Source of the DNA: Octopus vulgaris
Lineage: Eukaryota
Reading direction: 5' to 3'
Assembly (NCBI GenBank): GCA_951406725.2
Contig: OX597842.1
Coordinates: forward strand, 21,886,001-21,950,000
DNA: 64,000 bases
Under the pieces are notes generated by a model that made no database searches, was not told the DNA's origin, and was given only the letters and a program-made list of their open reading frames with translations. A program made the translations under genes and the position numbers. Shown here piece by piece: positions 13,398 to 26,517 of the stretch (position 1 is its first letter; each line of letters starts with the position of its first letter).

Positions 13398-14465
13398 ATG
13401 GAAAATGAATTACGTAGGAGTGAAGTTGAATGTAAAAGAGAGTCTGAAGAAATTGATTTTTCTGATGAGGAAAAGAATGAAAAGAGCAAAAATTCATTTG
13501 ATTGTGATATCTGTGGCAAGTCGTTCTCTTGGAAAGCTAAGTTAGTCATTCACGAACGTACTCATACAGGAGAGAAGCCATATCACTGTGAGATCTGTGA
13601 CAAATCGTTTTCTCAAAACAATTCCTTAACCAAGCACAAGCATGTTCATACAGGAGAAAAACCATATCACTGTGAAATCTGTGGTAAGTCTTTCTCTCAA
13701 AGCGAACACTTAACTAGGCACAAGAGTTGTGTTCATACAGGAGAAAAACCATATCACTGTGATATCTGTGGTAAGTCTTTCTCTCGAAGCGAAAACTTAA
13801 CTAGGCACAAGAGTTGTGTTCATACAGGAGAGAAACCACATCACTGTGAAATCTGTGGTGAATCCTTTTCTCAAAACAATCACTTGACCAATCACAAGCG
13901 TGTTCATACGGGAGAAAAACCATATCACTGTGAAATCTGTGGTAAATCTTTCTCTCGAAACGAAAGCTTAACGAGGCACAAGAATGGTGTTCACACAGGA
14001 GAAGCACCATATCACTGTGAAATCTGTGACAAATCATTTTCTCAAAACGATCACTTCACTATGCACAGGCGTGTTCATACAGGAGAAAAACCATATCACT
14101 GTGAAATCTGTGGTAAGTCATTCTCTCGAAACGAAAGCTTAACTAGGCACAGGCGTGTTCATATAGGAGAAAAACCATATCACTGTGAAATCTGTGGTAA
14201 ATTTTTCTCTGAAAACGGTACCTTAACCAAGCACAAGCGTGTTCATACTGGAGAAGAACCATATCACTGTGAAATCTGTGACAAATCTTTCTCTCGAAAC
14301 GATCACTTAACCATGCACAGGCGTGTTCATACAGGAGAAAAACCATATCACTGTGAAATCTGTGGTAAATCTTTCTCTCGAAACGATACCTTAACCAAGC
14401 ACAAGTGTGTTCATACAGGGGAGAAGCCATATCATTGTGATATCTCTGGTAAATCATTTTCTTAA
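13398..14465 (+). CDS. C2H2 zinc-finger protein, 11 fingers (unit 2)
   Basis: First ATG gives [25 protein letters not shown], an acidic leader, followed by CxxC...HxxxH repeats with TGEKPY linkers. Ends in a broken CDISGKSFS* finger. Confidence 0.88.
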   Translation: MENELRRSEVECKRESEEIDFSDEEKNEKSKNSFDCDICGKSFSWKAKLVIHERTHTGEKPYHCEICDKSFSQNNSLTKHKHVHTGEKPYHCEICGKSFSQSEHLTRHKSCVHTGEKPYHCDICGKSFSRSENLTRHKSCVHTGEKPHHCEICGESFSQNNHLTNHKRVHTGEKPYHCEICGKSFSRNESLTRHKNGVHTGEAPYHCEICDKSFSQNDHFTMHRRVHTGEKPYHCEICGKSFSRNESLTRHRRVHIGEKPYHCEICGKFFSENGTLTKHKRVHTGEEPYHCEICDKSFSRNDHLTMHRRVHTGEKPYHCEICGKSFSRNDTLTKHKCVHTGEKPYHCDISGKSFS

Positions 14466-14777
<312 letters not shown>

Positions 14778-15410
14778 GGAATGGATTCATTTCCCAAGTT
14801 ACAGACATTGTTTATGAGTTTTAATTTTCAAGCACAACATCCAAATTTTGAAAGTTTCTACTACCATAACAAATGCATCTGTGTCTTACCAAGAAGTTTA
14901 TAAAAAGCAAAGGAATGCTTCTCAGTAAACAACTCTAGACTTGTTTCTTGTGAATCAGTTGTCACGTCTACAAATGATGGTGTCCCTGAGTCTTTTCAAA
15001 GTGATTCAGAAAACAATAGTAATAATAATATTTTATGTATTCTAAATAATCTTGACATTGTTTTTGACTTTACATAAAATATTCTTTACATTCTACTGTT
15101 GTTTTATTGTCATTTATTTACAAGTATTATAAATTTTATTGGTAAAATATTTTTCTGGGAACGAATTACAATTTATAACATTGCTTCTATGGGAAATTAT
15201 TGCTTTGCTTTATGAGTTTTCCCTTTAGGAGCAATCTCCAGGAAGAAATTAACTCATATATCAAGGCATTATTGTGTTTGACAGTATTTTGGCACAAGGC
15301 CAGCAATCTCAGGGGAAGGAGTAAGTTGAATAACCACATGGATCAGCATGTGTGCTTTTTACATGAACTGGCACAAATGCTTCTTACAGGGAGTGGCATT
15401 GCACGATATA

Positions 15411-15806
15411 TCTATATATATAAAGCTGAAGTTGTCTGTGTGTGTGGCAGGTTTTGCAGCCTTCAACTAACACTATCTCCTCCGAGACTCTGCGGTGCAA
15501 GTTGACCAAAATTGAGAGGATGATTGTTGAAGGATTGCTCTTCCTTCCATAGAAGAAAAAAATTCAAATCGCACCATGTCAACAACAAAAATTATTTAGA
15601 TCAGAATGGTGCTTTTTTTTCTATGAAAATCCCAAATTTTTACGATTCTTTGACTGCTGTGTCGCCATTTTTCGGTGTATTTCAACCAGAAAACTGTTCA
15701 CTTTAAGAGAATAACAAGCTACATAATGCAAGATTTTTACTTTTCAAAAATTCCAATTCTAAAGGGTCAAAAAGAAAAATGCGAGCAACACTGGCGATTC
15801 TTGTAG
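15411..15806 (+). mobile_element. Non-autonomous Helitron copy
   Basis: Same family as 19856-20253; degenerate GTAG end shared with the copy at 393. Confidence 0.7.
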
Positions 15807-15807
15807 G

Positions 15808-15843
<36 letters not shown>

Positions 15844-16701
15844 TTATATGAAGTTATTATGTTACTTCTCATATATATTTGAAGGCGCATGGCTCTCTAA
15901 TTCCTAATTATCTTGTATGTTTTACACTGTTGTTTCTCTTTCGTTTCAGATTATCAGATGACATCTGCTTCACAGGATTTTTACATAAGCAACGTCATTA
16001 GAATGGAAAGTCTTTTGAAGACTGAGCAAAGATGTTATACAAAACACGTATAACCCTGTTTCTATAAATATTTACTGAATTACTGCAAAATATATCTGGG
16101 GAACTCTGATATATATGTCGCCAAATTTCTCTTCTTTATTGTCTGGAATACACAGAAAATTATATTTGCATATTAATTAATCATTTAGCATTTAAACTAG
16201 CACAAATATTGTGACCTCTCACACTCACCCTGCAGTGTCAGTTTAAACATAAACAATTAAATCACTGAAGTCTCAAAGCTATGAGATAATCCATGATTAA
16301 TTCAAAACAATATGAATAAATAAGCATCACATTTCACAAAGGAATCTCAATGCTAAACGGTTAAACTGGCCATATTTTTGTGTGTTTTATATTCATACTA
16401 GCCAGATCCCACCCCTCACACCCTGCCTACAAGGCCATTCTAAAAATAAACAATCACAACATTGAAATCTGAACATGATAACATAATGAATGATTAATTC
16501 AGAAGAATTTCAATAAACATTATATTTGACAGAGTAATCTGAATGTTAATGAGTTAAAGCAATTAAGAAGGCAGTTTGCAGCATCTTCAGATATTAACAA
16601 AGATCACTTTTGATGGAGATATATCAGTAGAAATATTTGTTCAGAGCAATATACGAGAAGAAGGAAAACCTTTGTGTACTGTGACAAGAGAAAGGAAAAT
16701 T

Positions 16702-18039
16702 ATGGAAAATGAATTATATCGGAGTGAAGTTGAATGTAAAAGAGAGTCTGAAGAAATTGATTTTTCTGATGAGGAAAAGAATGAAAAGGGCAAAACATCA
16801 TTTGATTGTGATATATGTGGCAAGTCGTTCTCTCAGAAAGCTAAGTTAGTCATTCACGAACATACTCATACAGGAGAAAAACCATATCACTGTGAAATCT
16901 GTGGTAAATCTTTCTCTCGAAACGAAAACTTAACTAGGCACAAGAGTGGTGTTCACACAGGTGAAAAACCATATCACTGTGAAATCTGTGACAAATCTTT
17001 TTCTCAAAATGATCACTTAACTATGCACAGGCGTGTTCATACAGGAGAAAAACCATATCACTGTGAACTCTGTGGTAAATCTTTCTCTCGAAACAATAAC
17101 TTAACCAAGCACAAGCATGTTCATACAGGAGAAAAACCATATCACTGTGAACTCTGTGGTAAATCCTTTTCTCAAAACGAAAACTTAACCATGCACATTC
17201 ATGTTCATACAGGAAAAAAACCATATCACTGTGAAATTTGTGGTAAATCTTTCTCTCAAATTGATAACTTAACCAAGCATAGGTGTGTTCATACAGGAGA
17301 GAAGCCATATCATTGTGATATCTCTGGTAAATCATTTGTTAAGAGTAATATACGAGAAGAAGGAAAACCTTTGTGTACTGTGAGGAGAGAAAGGAAAATT
17401 ATGGAAAATGAATTACGTAGGAATGAGGTTGAATGTAAAAGAGAGTCTGAAGAAATTGATTTTTCTGATGAGGAGAAGAATGAAAATGGCAAAACATCAT
17501 TTGATTGTGATATCTGTGGCAAGTCGTTCTGTCAGAAAGCTAAGTTAGTCATTCACGAACGTACTCATACAGGGGAAAAGCCATATCACTGTGATATCTG
17601 TGGTAAATCCTTCTCTCAAAATGGTCAATTAACTACTCACAAACGCATTCATACAGGAGAAAAGCCATATCGCTGTGATATCTGTCATAAATCATTCTCT
17701 CAAAGTTCTAGCTTAACCAAGCACAAGCATCTTCATACAGGAGAAAAACCATATCACTGTGAAATCTGTGGTAAATCCTTTTCTCAAAACGATCACTTAA
17801 CCATGCACAAGCGTGTTCATACAGGAGAAAAACCATTTCACTGTGAAATCTGTGGTAAATCTTTCTCTCGAAACGAAGGCTTAACCAAGCACAAGCCTGT
17901 TCATACAGGAGAGAAGCCATATCACTGTGATATCTGTGGTAAATCATTCTCTACATGGAGTGCCTTATTTAAACACAAATACATTCATGCAGGAGAAAAG
18001 CCATATCACTGTGAAATCTGTGGTAAATCCTTTCCTTAA
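16702..18039 (+). CDS. C2H2 zinc-finger protein, 6+6 fingers with an internally duplicated acidic leader (unit 3)
   Basis: ORF 16576..18039 with a second MENEL leader at 17401. An in-frame TAA replaces CAA in finger 13; the ancestral frame continues to TDREHIS* at ~18096. Confidence 0.82.
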   Translation: MENELYRSEVECKRESEEIDFSDEEKNEKGKTSFDCDICGKSFSQKAKLVIHEHTHTGEKPYHCEICGKSFSRNENLTRHKSGVHTGEKPYHCEICDKSFSQNDHLTMHRRVHTGEKPYHCELCGKSFSRNNNLTKHKHVHTGEKPYHCELCGKSFSQNENLTMHIHVHTGKKPYHCEICGKSFSQIDNLTKHRCVHTGEKPYHCDISGKSFVKSNIREEGKPLCTVRRERKIMENELRRNEVECKRESEEIDFSDEEKNENGKTSFDCDICGKSFCQKAKLVIHERTHTGEKPYHCDICGKSFSQNGQLTTHKRIHTGEKPYRCDICHKSFSQSSSLTKHKHLHTGEKPYHCEICGKSFSQNDHLTMHKRVHTGEKPFHCEICGKSFSRNEGLTKHKPVHTGEKPYHCDICGKSFSTWSALFKHKYIHAGEKPYHCEICGKSFP

Positions 18040-18496
18040 AACGATCACTTAACCAAGCACAAGCATGTTCATACAGACAGAGAACACATTTCATGAGGAA
18101 TAGATTCATTTCCCAAGTTACAGACATTGTTTATGAGTTTTATTTTTCAAGCACAACATCCAAATTTTGAAAGTTTCTACCACCATAACAAATGCATCTG
18201 TGTCTTACCAAGAAGTTTATAAAAAGCAAAGGAATGCTTCTCAGTAAACAACTCTAGACTTGTTTCTTGTGAATCAGTTGTCACGTCTACAAATGATGGT
18301 GTCCCTGAGTCTTTTCAAAGTGATTCAGAAAACAATAGTAATAATAATATTTTGTGTATTCTAAATAATCTTGACATTGTTTTTGACTTTACATAAAATA
18401 TTCTTTACATTCTACTGTTGTTTTATTGTCATTTATTTACAAGTATTATAAATTTTATTGGTAAAATATTTTTCTGGGAATGAATTATGATTTATA

Positions 18497-19621
18497 CGCA
18501 GAGACCATCTTCCGCCACATTCCAGGGAGAAAAACTAGAAGTAGTTGATAGCTTCCGTTACCTAGGTGACCAAATCAGCAGTGGGGGCAGGTGCGCTGAC
18601 AGTGTAAATGCTAGAGTAAGAATAGCCTGGGCAAAGTTCAGAGAGCTCTTACCTCTGCTGGTGACAAAAGGCCTTTCGCTGAGAGTAAAAGGCAGATTGT
18701 ATGACGCATGTGTACGAACTGCTATGCTACATGAGCCGTGACCGCTGAGAATATGCGTAAGCTTGCAATAAATGAAGCCAGTATGCTCCGATGGATGTGT
18801 AATGTCAGTGTTCATACTCGACAGAGTGTAAGTTCTTTGAGAGAAAAGTTAGACCTAAGAAGCATCAGTTGTGGTGTGCAAGAGAGACGTTTGCACTGGT
18901 ATGGTCATGTGACGAGAATGGATGAAGATAGGTGTGTGAAAAAGTGCCACACCCTAGCAGTTGAGGGAACCTGTGGAAGAGGTAGACCCAGGAAAACCTG
19001 GGACGAGGTGGTGAAGCACGACCTTCAAACTTTAATTTCACCGAGGAAATGACTAGAGACCGAGACCTATGGAAACATGCTGTGCGTGAGAAGACCCGGC
19101 AGGACAAGTGAGGCCATAATCCCGTGGCCCACACCTGGGATGTAGCCAGCCCACTTATGCATTCCTTTCCTTCTTGGGACACAAAACTCCACTTGTGAAG
19201 ACCTGTTGAGGCAAGTGAAGATCAAAATCAAAATCGTAATCTATCAACATGAATGGAATTTGTAGCTGTGAGACCAGCGGCAGTGGCACGTAAGAGAACC
19301 ATCCGAACGTCGCCGTAGCCAGCTCCGCACGACTGGCCTCCGTGCCGGTGGCATGTAAAAAGCACCATCCTATCGTGGCCATTGCCAGCTTCATCTGGTC
19401 CCCGTGCTGGTGGCACGTAAAAAGCACCATCCGATCATGGCCGTCTGGCACGTAAAAAGCACCCACTACACTCACGGAGTGGTTGGCATTAGGAAGGGCA
19501 TCCAGCCGTAGAAACATTGCCAGATCAGACTGGGCCTGGTGCAGCCTTCTTGCTTCCCAGACCCCTGTTGAACCGTCCAACCCATGCCAGCATGGAAAGT
19601 GGACGTTGAATGATGATGATG
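18497..19621 (+). mobile_element. 5'-truncated RTE LINE inserted in the unit 3 3' UTR
   Basis: ORF2 C-terminal fragments 18487..18741 and 18738..19052, (GAT)n tail. Interrupts TTTAT|AACATTGC, which is uninterrupted in the paralogs. Confidence 0.9.
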
Positions 19622-19855
19622 AACATTGCTTCTATGGGAAATTATTGCTTTGCTTTATGAGTTTTCACTTCAGGAGCAATCTCCAGGAAGAAATTAACTC
19701 ATATATCAAGGCATTATTGTATCTGACATTATTTTGGCACAAGGCCAGCGATTTCAGGGGAAGGAGTAAGTTGAATAACCACATGGATCAGCATGTGTGC
19801 TTTTTACATGAACTGGCACAAATGCTTCTTACAGGGAGTGGCATTGCACGATATA

Positions 19856-20253
19856 TCTATATATATAAAGCTGAAGTAGTTTGTGCGTGTGTGGCAGGTT
19901 TGGTAGGCTTCAACTAATACTATGTCCTCCCAGACCCTGAGGCGCAAGTTGACCAAAATTGAGAGTATGATAGATGAAGGCTTGCTCTTCCTTCCGTAGA
20001 AAAAATTCAAATCGCACCATGTCAACAACAAAAATTCTTTACATCAGAAGGCTGCTTTTTTTTCTATGAAAATCCCTATTTTTTACGATTCTTTGACTGC
20101 TGTGTCGTCATTTTTCGGTGTATTTCAACCAGAAAAATGTTCACTTAAAGAGAATAACAAACTACATAATGCAAAATTTTTACTTTTCAAAAATTCCAAT
20201 TCTAAAGGGTCGAAAAGAAAATAAACCCGAACAACGCTGGGCGATACTTCTAG
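19856..20253 (+). mobile_element. Non-autonomous Helitron (canonical ends)
   Basis: A|TC 5' end, subterminal hairpin CCCGAACAACGCTGGG, CTAG|T 3' end, no target-site duplication. Confidence 0.85.
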
Positions 20254-20653
20254 TATATATATGAAGCTGTGAGAACAAATATTATGAATCAGATATTTAT
20301 TGCGTTCATTTATATATGTGTGTGTGTGTGTGTTCGATATATAAATATGTATATATACAAAGTGTATATATCTGTATTTATGGATATTAAACTTTTTAAT
20401 ACTTTTTGATAGTTATATATATTTTTAAACAAATTATAAATATAATTTATAAATTTTTTATTTTAAATTTTAATAGTTTTTATATTTTTCAATTTTATAT
20501 ATTATATATTTTCTATATATTATATTTTTATTTTTATGTTTTTGTTTTGGGTTTTTCACTGTTTCATTTGCCTATTAGTGGTTTTTTCTCTAATTTAATT
20601 TATATATATATGTATATATATAATTTGTATATATAATGCGTGCACACACACAT

Positions 20654-23600
20654 ATCATCATCATCATCATCCTTTAACGTCCGTTCTCCATGCTAGCATG
20701 GGTTGGACGGTTCGACCGGGGATCTGGGAAGCCAGAAGGCTGCACCAGGCTCCAGTCTTAACTGGCAATGTTTCTACAGCTGGATGCCCTTCCTAACGCC
20801 AACCACTCCGTGAGTGTAGTGAGTGCTTTTTACGCGCCACCTGCACAGGTGCCAGGCGAAGCTGGCAACGGCCATGGTCGGATTGGTGTATTTTATGTGC
20901 CACCGGCACGGGGGCCAGTCGAGGCAGCGCTGGCATCGGCCACGAGTCGGATAGTGCTTTTTACGTACCACCAGACCAGGGATCCTGGCTGGTTCAATTC
21001 GATTTCGATTTCGCTTTCGCTTGCCCCAACATGTCTTTGCAAGCAAAGGGGTTGGCATGGGTGCCTGTCGTCGGATGAGGTTCTATATCGACTTCGCTTG
21101 CCTCAACAGGTCTTTGTGTCCAAGGGAGGAAAGGCATTCATAAGTGGGCTGGGCTCACTTGTCCTGCCTGGTCTTCTCACGTACAGCATATTTCCAAAGG
21201 TCTCGATTGCTGGTCATTTCCTCAGTTAGGCCTAAAGTTCAAAGGTCGTGCTTCACCACCTCGTCCCAGGTTTTCCTGGGTCTACCTCTTCCACGGGTTC
21301 CCTCAACTGCTAGGGATTGGCACTTTCTCACACACCTATCTTCATCCATTCTCGCCACATGACCATACCAGCGCAATCGTCTCTCTTGCATACCACAACT
21401 GATGCTTCTTAGGTACAACATTTCTCTCAAGGTACTAACGCTCTGTCGAGTATGTACACTGACATTACACATCCATCGGAGCATACTGGGTTTATTCCTC
21501 ACGAGCTTACGCATGTCCTCAGCAGTCACGGCCCATGTTTCACTGCCATGTAGCATGGCTGTTCGTACACATGCATCATACAGTCTGCCTTTTAATCTGA
21601 GCGAGAGGCGTTTAGTCACCAGCAGAGGTAAGAGCTCCCAAACTTTGCCCAGGCTATTCTTATTCTAGAAGTTAAACTTTCAGCGCACCCACCCCCACTA
21701 CTGACTTGGTCACCTAGATAACGGAAGCTATCAACTACTTCTAGTTTTTTCCCCTGGAAAGTGACGGAAGTTGTTTTCTGCAGATTTTCGGAGGTTTATG
21801 CTCCCGAGCATCTGCCACATACAAAAACTATCTTCCCAATTAGCCTACCTTTGACATTGCTCTACCTCTTATGTGTCCATAGCTTACACTGGGTACATCT
21901 TATAGAGTTTCTACCTACACCTTTTCTGCAGATCGAGCAGGGCCGTCTTCCTGAAGACATTTGTGGATTGTCTACCTTCCTACTTATTAGTACTTTGGTT
22001 TTAGCTAGGTTGACTCTAAGGCCCCTCGATTCTAAACCCTCCTTCCACACATGGAACTTCTCCTCCAGTTCTGATAGTGACTCAGCAATTAGAGCAAGGT
22101 CGTCAGCGTAGAGGAGCTCCCAGGGGCAACCTGTCTTGAATTCCTCCGTAATTGCCTGGAGGACTGATAAAAAGGAGGGGGCTGAGTACTGAACCCTGGT
22201 GGACCCCAACCTCTACTCTGAATTCTTCTGTGTACATGTTGCCAACCCTCACCTTACAGCATCTCTGTACATGGCTTGCACAGCCCTCACCAGCCATTCA
22301 TCTATCCCTAGTTTCCTCATTGACCACCAGATAAGGGATCGGGGGACCCTATCAAAAGCTTTCTCCATGTCAACGAAAGCCAGGTACAGGGGCTTATCTT
22401 TGGCTAGGTATTTCTCCTGCAGCTGCCTTACCAGGAATATAGCATCAGTGGTACTTTTCCCTGGCACGAACCCAAACTGCATCTCATCTAAACTAACTCT
22501 CTCTCTAATTAGTTGGGCGATGACCCTCTCCGTAACCTTCATTACCTGATCCAACAGCTTGATACCTCTGTAATTATTTGTATCTAGGGCATCACCTTTA
22601 CCTTTGTAGCAGTTGACTAGTATGCTGCTACACCAGTCATTGGGTATAACTCCTTCGTGTATCACCTGGGTGACTAGGTTATAGCCGACACTGCCAGATA
22701 TTTTGAGCATCTCTGCAGTAATTCCTGATGGGCCTGGGGCTTTCCCTGTCTTCATGCTTCTAATTGCTTTAACTACCAAAGAATTTTCAACTCGGATGGC
22801 TGGTCCCTCTGTTGGGTTGACATTCGGCAGACTCTCTTTATCCCATTCATTTTCTTTATTCAGCAACCTTTCATAGTGGCATCTCCAAACCTCTCTTTTT
22901 GCATCCTCATTTAGCGCAAGTGAACCATCATCCATGCGAACACACTTCTCTCCTACCACATCACGATTCTCTCTCACACACTGTCTTGCAACACGAAATA
23001 CCTCAAGTCTTTCATCCTCATGGCTCAGAACATTGGCAAATTTTTTCTTATCTGCTTCCCCTCTGGCTAAATAAACCTGTCTCCTAGCTTCCCTTCTGGC
23101 TGTCTGATACAATTCCCTGCTACCACCGTTCTTCCAGTCCTTCCAAGCCTGTCTCTTTTGTCTAATAGCCCTGTCAACCACAGTGTTCCACCACCATGTT
23201 ACTCTGGGTCGAGATGGTACTTTGCTCCATCCACAGATCTGGTCAGTGGCTGTCAGCAGATTGTCCCGTAGAAATCTCCAGTTGCCTTCCACATTAAGTG
23301 AAGCTATATCCCCTTCTATTTTGTCAAAGGCTTCGAGTAGTATGTCTCTAAATCTCTGTCCATTTGCAGGATCTTTAAGCTTCCAGACCCTTCTCCTCCA
23401 AGCTGGTCTTCTTCTGGGCAACCATTTAGATCTGATCCTGAAGTCGCTAACTACTAATCTATGTTGAGGAGTACATTCTTCGCCTGGAAAGGTTTTGGCA
23501 TTTATAAGCAGCCCTCTTTCCCTTTTTCTGGCAAGGATGTAGTCAATCTGGCTAGTGTGTCTGCCAGAACGGTAGGTGACTAGGTGAGAGGTGGGTTTCC

Positions 23601-24153
23601 TGAAGTTGGTATTGCAGACCATAAGGTCATTTGCATCGCAGAACTCCAGCAGCCTGGTTCCCTCCTCATTACGAGAGCCAAAACCGTAGCCTCCATGAAC
23701 GCCATGGAAGCCCCCGACATGCCGTCCAACATGTCCATTGAAATCACCTGCCACGAAGAGAAGGTCACTGTCATTTGTCAACGAGGTAGTCCGCAATAGG
23801 GTGTCATAGAATTGGTCTTTTTGTCCTTCCGATAGCCCTGGTTGAGGGGCATATGCCGAGATGATGGTAGCTGACCTATGGTGAAGCACTAATCTAATCT
23901 TAAGTACTCTATCACTTACTCTGACTACCTCGATTACCTTATCTACCCATTTCTCCGCAAGAAGTATACCCACCCCCGACCCCGTCAGTGTTCCATGCCC
24001 AGAAAATCTTGTACCTGTGTTCCTTGCCTGTGAGGAGCCTAGCGGAGCCTCCTCTCCACCTTACTTCCTGGATGCAGCATAAATCCACACGTCTCCGTTC
24101 AAGCAGCTCAACAATCTCTCCAGACCTAACTTTCAATGTGCCAACATTGAGTG
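20654..24153 (-). mobile_element. Near-full-length RTE-clade LINE, frameshifted (AP endonuclease + reverse transcriptase + PHD-like finger)
   Basis: TLNVGT, IQEVRW, GDFNGHVG, QIDYIL and QHRL (endonuclease). QFGFVPG, FVDMEKAFDRV, GVHQGSVLSPLLF and LLYADD (RT). ORF stop at ~21155; (ATC)n tail at 20654. Confidence 0.95.
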
Positions 24154-24450
24154 TTGGAGAATTTCTGCAACAGAAATTACTGAACATCTAGAAACTTCGG
24201 GAATCGAGTAAACATAATATAAATAAGAGAGAGAGAGAATATTTTGTAAGGAATTCTGGGGAATGGAATAATAACGGGATGACCCCGAAATTAAAGGAGG
24301 AATTGAAAATGCATGATCTTAAGACAGACAGGAAGCCATGTTTACAAGAAGGCGAAATAGATAATAGAGAAATGGGATTAGGGTTACGAATCAACGCTTA
24401 AAAATTTGAATATGAATGACAGGTTGAAAGTTAAGATCGCTTAGCTGGTC

Positions 24451-24504
<54 letters not shown>

Positions 24505-24507
<3 letters not shown>

Positions 24508-25205
24508 GTGTGCATTATGTGGTCAGTCGGTTGAGCTGAAAATATGCACACCTATGTTAAAAGTGCTGGCAAGTTTGCATGACAACTATTTTTTTCCTCA
24601 AATGAAAGGCGTGACCTCTAGGACAAAATTTCTCATCTTATAAAATGTGGCCCCAGTACACCCGAATGAAATCAGGTTATATTAACCAAAATGTGAAAAG
24701 GGGTCTAAATGGGGCTGGAAGGGGATTAAAATTTAAAGGAGCGGGTGTTTAGCAATTCTCTGTTACATCAACCTAAAAAATTTGCACCAGCCTTTTAATC
24801 GTCAATGTGTTGCCATCCACGATGAAGAAGTTTTGAATGCTTGCCATGGTGAGTCTACTGTCATGAGAAAGAATCACTTCAAAAATTGGTGTTTACCAAT
24901 TTTCTTTTACATCAAGTTCAACATTTTACGCCAGCCGTTAAAATGTCAATATGTTGCTGTCTGTCGTTTAGAAATGTTAGCCATGGTGACTCTACTATCC
25001 TCAGATTCTATCCCTTCAAACTTTGGTTTCCAATATTTTATTATTTTTATTCTGCTCGCAAGTTCGTCTGTCCCTTTTAAATGTTAGCGTTTTGCTGTCT
25101 GCCTTGAAGCAGACCTTTCCGTTGCCACTGCCTGATATTTATGATTGATCTTTCTAAATATTTTATTTCTCAACTTACTCAAGATCTTTTGTTGTTTATA
25201 AATGG
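24505..25205. repeat. Unclassified repeat with an internal degenerate ~145-bp tandem unit (paralog 57917-58615)
   Basis: CCAGCC.TT.AA..GTCAAT.TGTTGC...GCCATGGTGA.TCTACT...CTTCAAA..TTGG at ~24787 and ~24931. Confidence 0.55.
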
Positions 25206-25267
25206 GAGAGAGATAGATAGAGAGTAAGAGAAAGCGAGGGAGAGTCCGAAAGAAACAAAGAGGGAGA

Positions 25268-25572
25268 ATCATCATCATCGTTTAATGTCCATTTTCCATG
25301 CTAGCACAGGTTGGACAGTTTGATCGAGGTCTAGGAAGCCTGAAGGCTGCACCAGGCTCCAGCCTGATCTGGCAGTGTTTCTACTGGTGGATGACCTTCC
25401 TAACGCCAACCACTCTGTGAGTGTAGTGAGTGCTTTTTACGTGCCGCCGGCACAGGGGCCAAGGGGGCTCGCAGCGGCAACGACCGGTTGGTGCTTTTTA
25501 CGTGCCAACGGCACAGAAGCTAGTCAAGTCGGCGCTGCACTGCGCCACGTTCGGATGGTGCTTTTTACGTGC
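25268..25572 (-). mobile_element. RTE 3'-tail fragment or tail-sharing SINE (paralog 58716-59087)
   Basis: (ATC)n followed by GTTTAATGTCCATTTTCCATGCTAGCA...CCTAACGCCAACCACTC, the same tail as the RTE copies. Confidence 0.8.
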
Positions 25573-26326
25573 TGAAAGGAAGCAACAGAAAGTAACAAAT
25601 ATATATATGAAGCTATTATGTTACTTCTCATATATATTTGAAGGTGCATGGCTCAAGTCGTGAGTTCAATTCCCGTCATCTTCATCACATTGAACAATGT
25701 TAAAGGTTAAAGGGTCAAAGCGAAATGCAGCCACATTTTCTCTACAAAACTACTTTAAAACGTTTTCCAATGGCTGAATGACGAAACGTATTAATCTGGT
25801 TTCTGTCCTAAATATTCTGGTAAAGTAAGGATGCATCTTGTACACCAGCAAATACTCAGTGAAGTGCAAGTAAATCAGTTGACCAAAAGATTGACTCCTC
25901 GTTGTGAAACGACGGAGATCCACCACCGTTATAATCCTATGAAGCCATCTAAAGATCGAATGCTTCTTTTTCCCGTAATTAGGCTCATGCCCTTGCTTAT
26001 CTCCCTTTACTCACTAATTTTCCTTATCGTCTTTCAATGAATTAATACCAACACAAATTTCTCTCAGATCTAATCCCTTCCTCTAATCAATGCTGGAATT
26101 TTTTTAGTAACAATCTTCCTCTGAATATTATATGGAGCTGTTCTCTTTTCATTTTCGTTTTCTACGCACTTTATGTGGGTACTAGTAGCGAACAGTGGTC
26201 CCGGTCCGCTCACACGCACATGGGTCTTTTTAGCAAGCACAGCAAACGTTCGCATTTTCTAAAGGTGACATATTACTAATTGGTCATTCATTCGTGGAAG
26301 TTGTTCTTGATATAATAGTTTCTTAA

Positions 26327-26517
26327 GGCGGTGAGCTGGCAAAATACCTAGCCGTATTTCGTCTGTCTTTACGTTCTGAGTTCAAATTCCGCCGAGATAG
26401 ATTTTGCCTTTTATCCTTTCGAGGTCGATAAATTAAGTACAAGCTGCGTACTGTGATCGATCTAATCGACTGCCCCTCTCACCCCAAATTTCTGGCCTTG
26501 TGCCTAGAGTAGAAAAG
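26327..26517 (+). mobile_element. tRNA-derived SINE with Nin-like central domain (internally deleted copy)
   Basis: GGCGGTGAGCTGGCA head, GTTCAAATTCC B box, GCCTTT.ATCCTTTCG.GGTCGATAAATTAAGTAC; ~16-bp duplication GATATAAT(A/T)GTT(T/A)C(T/C)T on both sides. Confidence 0.85.

Noticed and set aside
13801-14457. Minus-strand repetitive ORFs ([17 protein letters not shown]...) over the arrays
   Set aside because: Antisense shadow frames of 84-bp finger repeats.
18034-18042. Rescue of in-frame TAA stops (14463, 18037) by A-to-I editing
   Set aside because: Needs double editing to Trp, unit 2 has another stop shortly after, and nothing in the DNA supports it.
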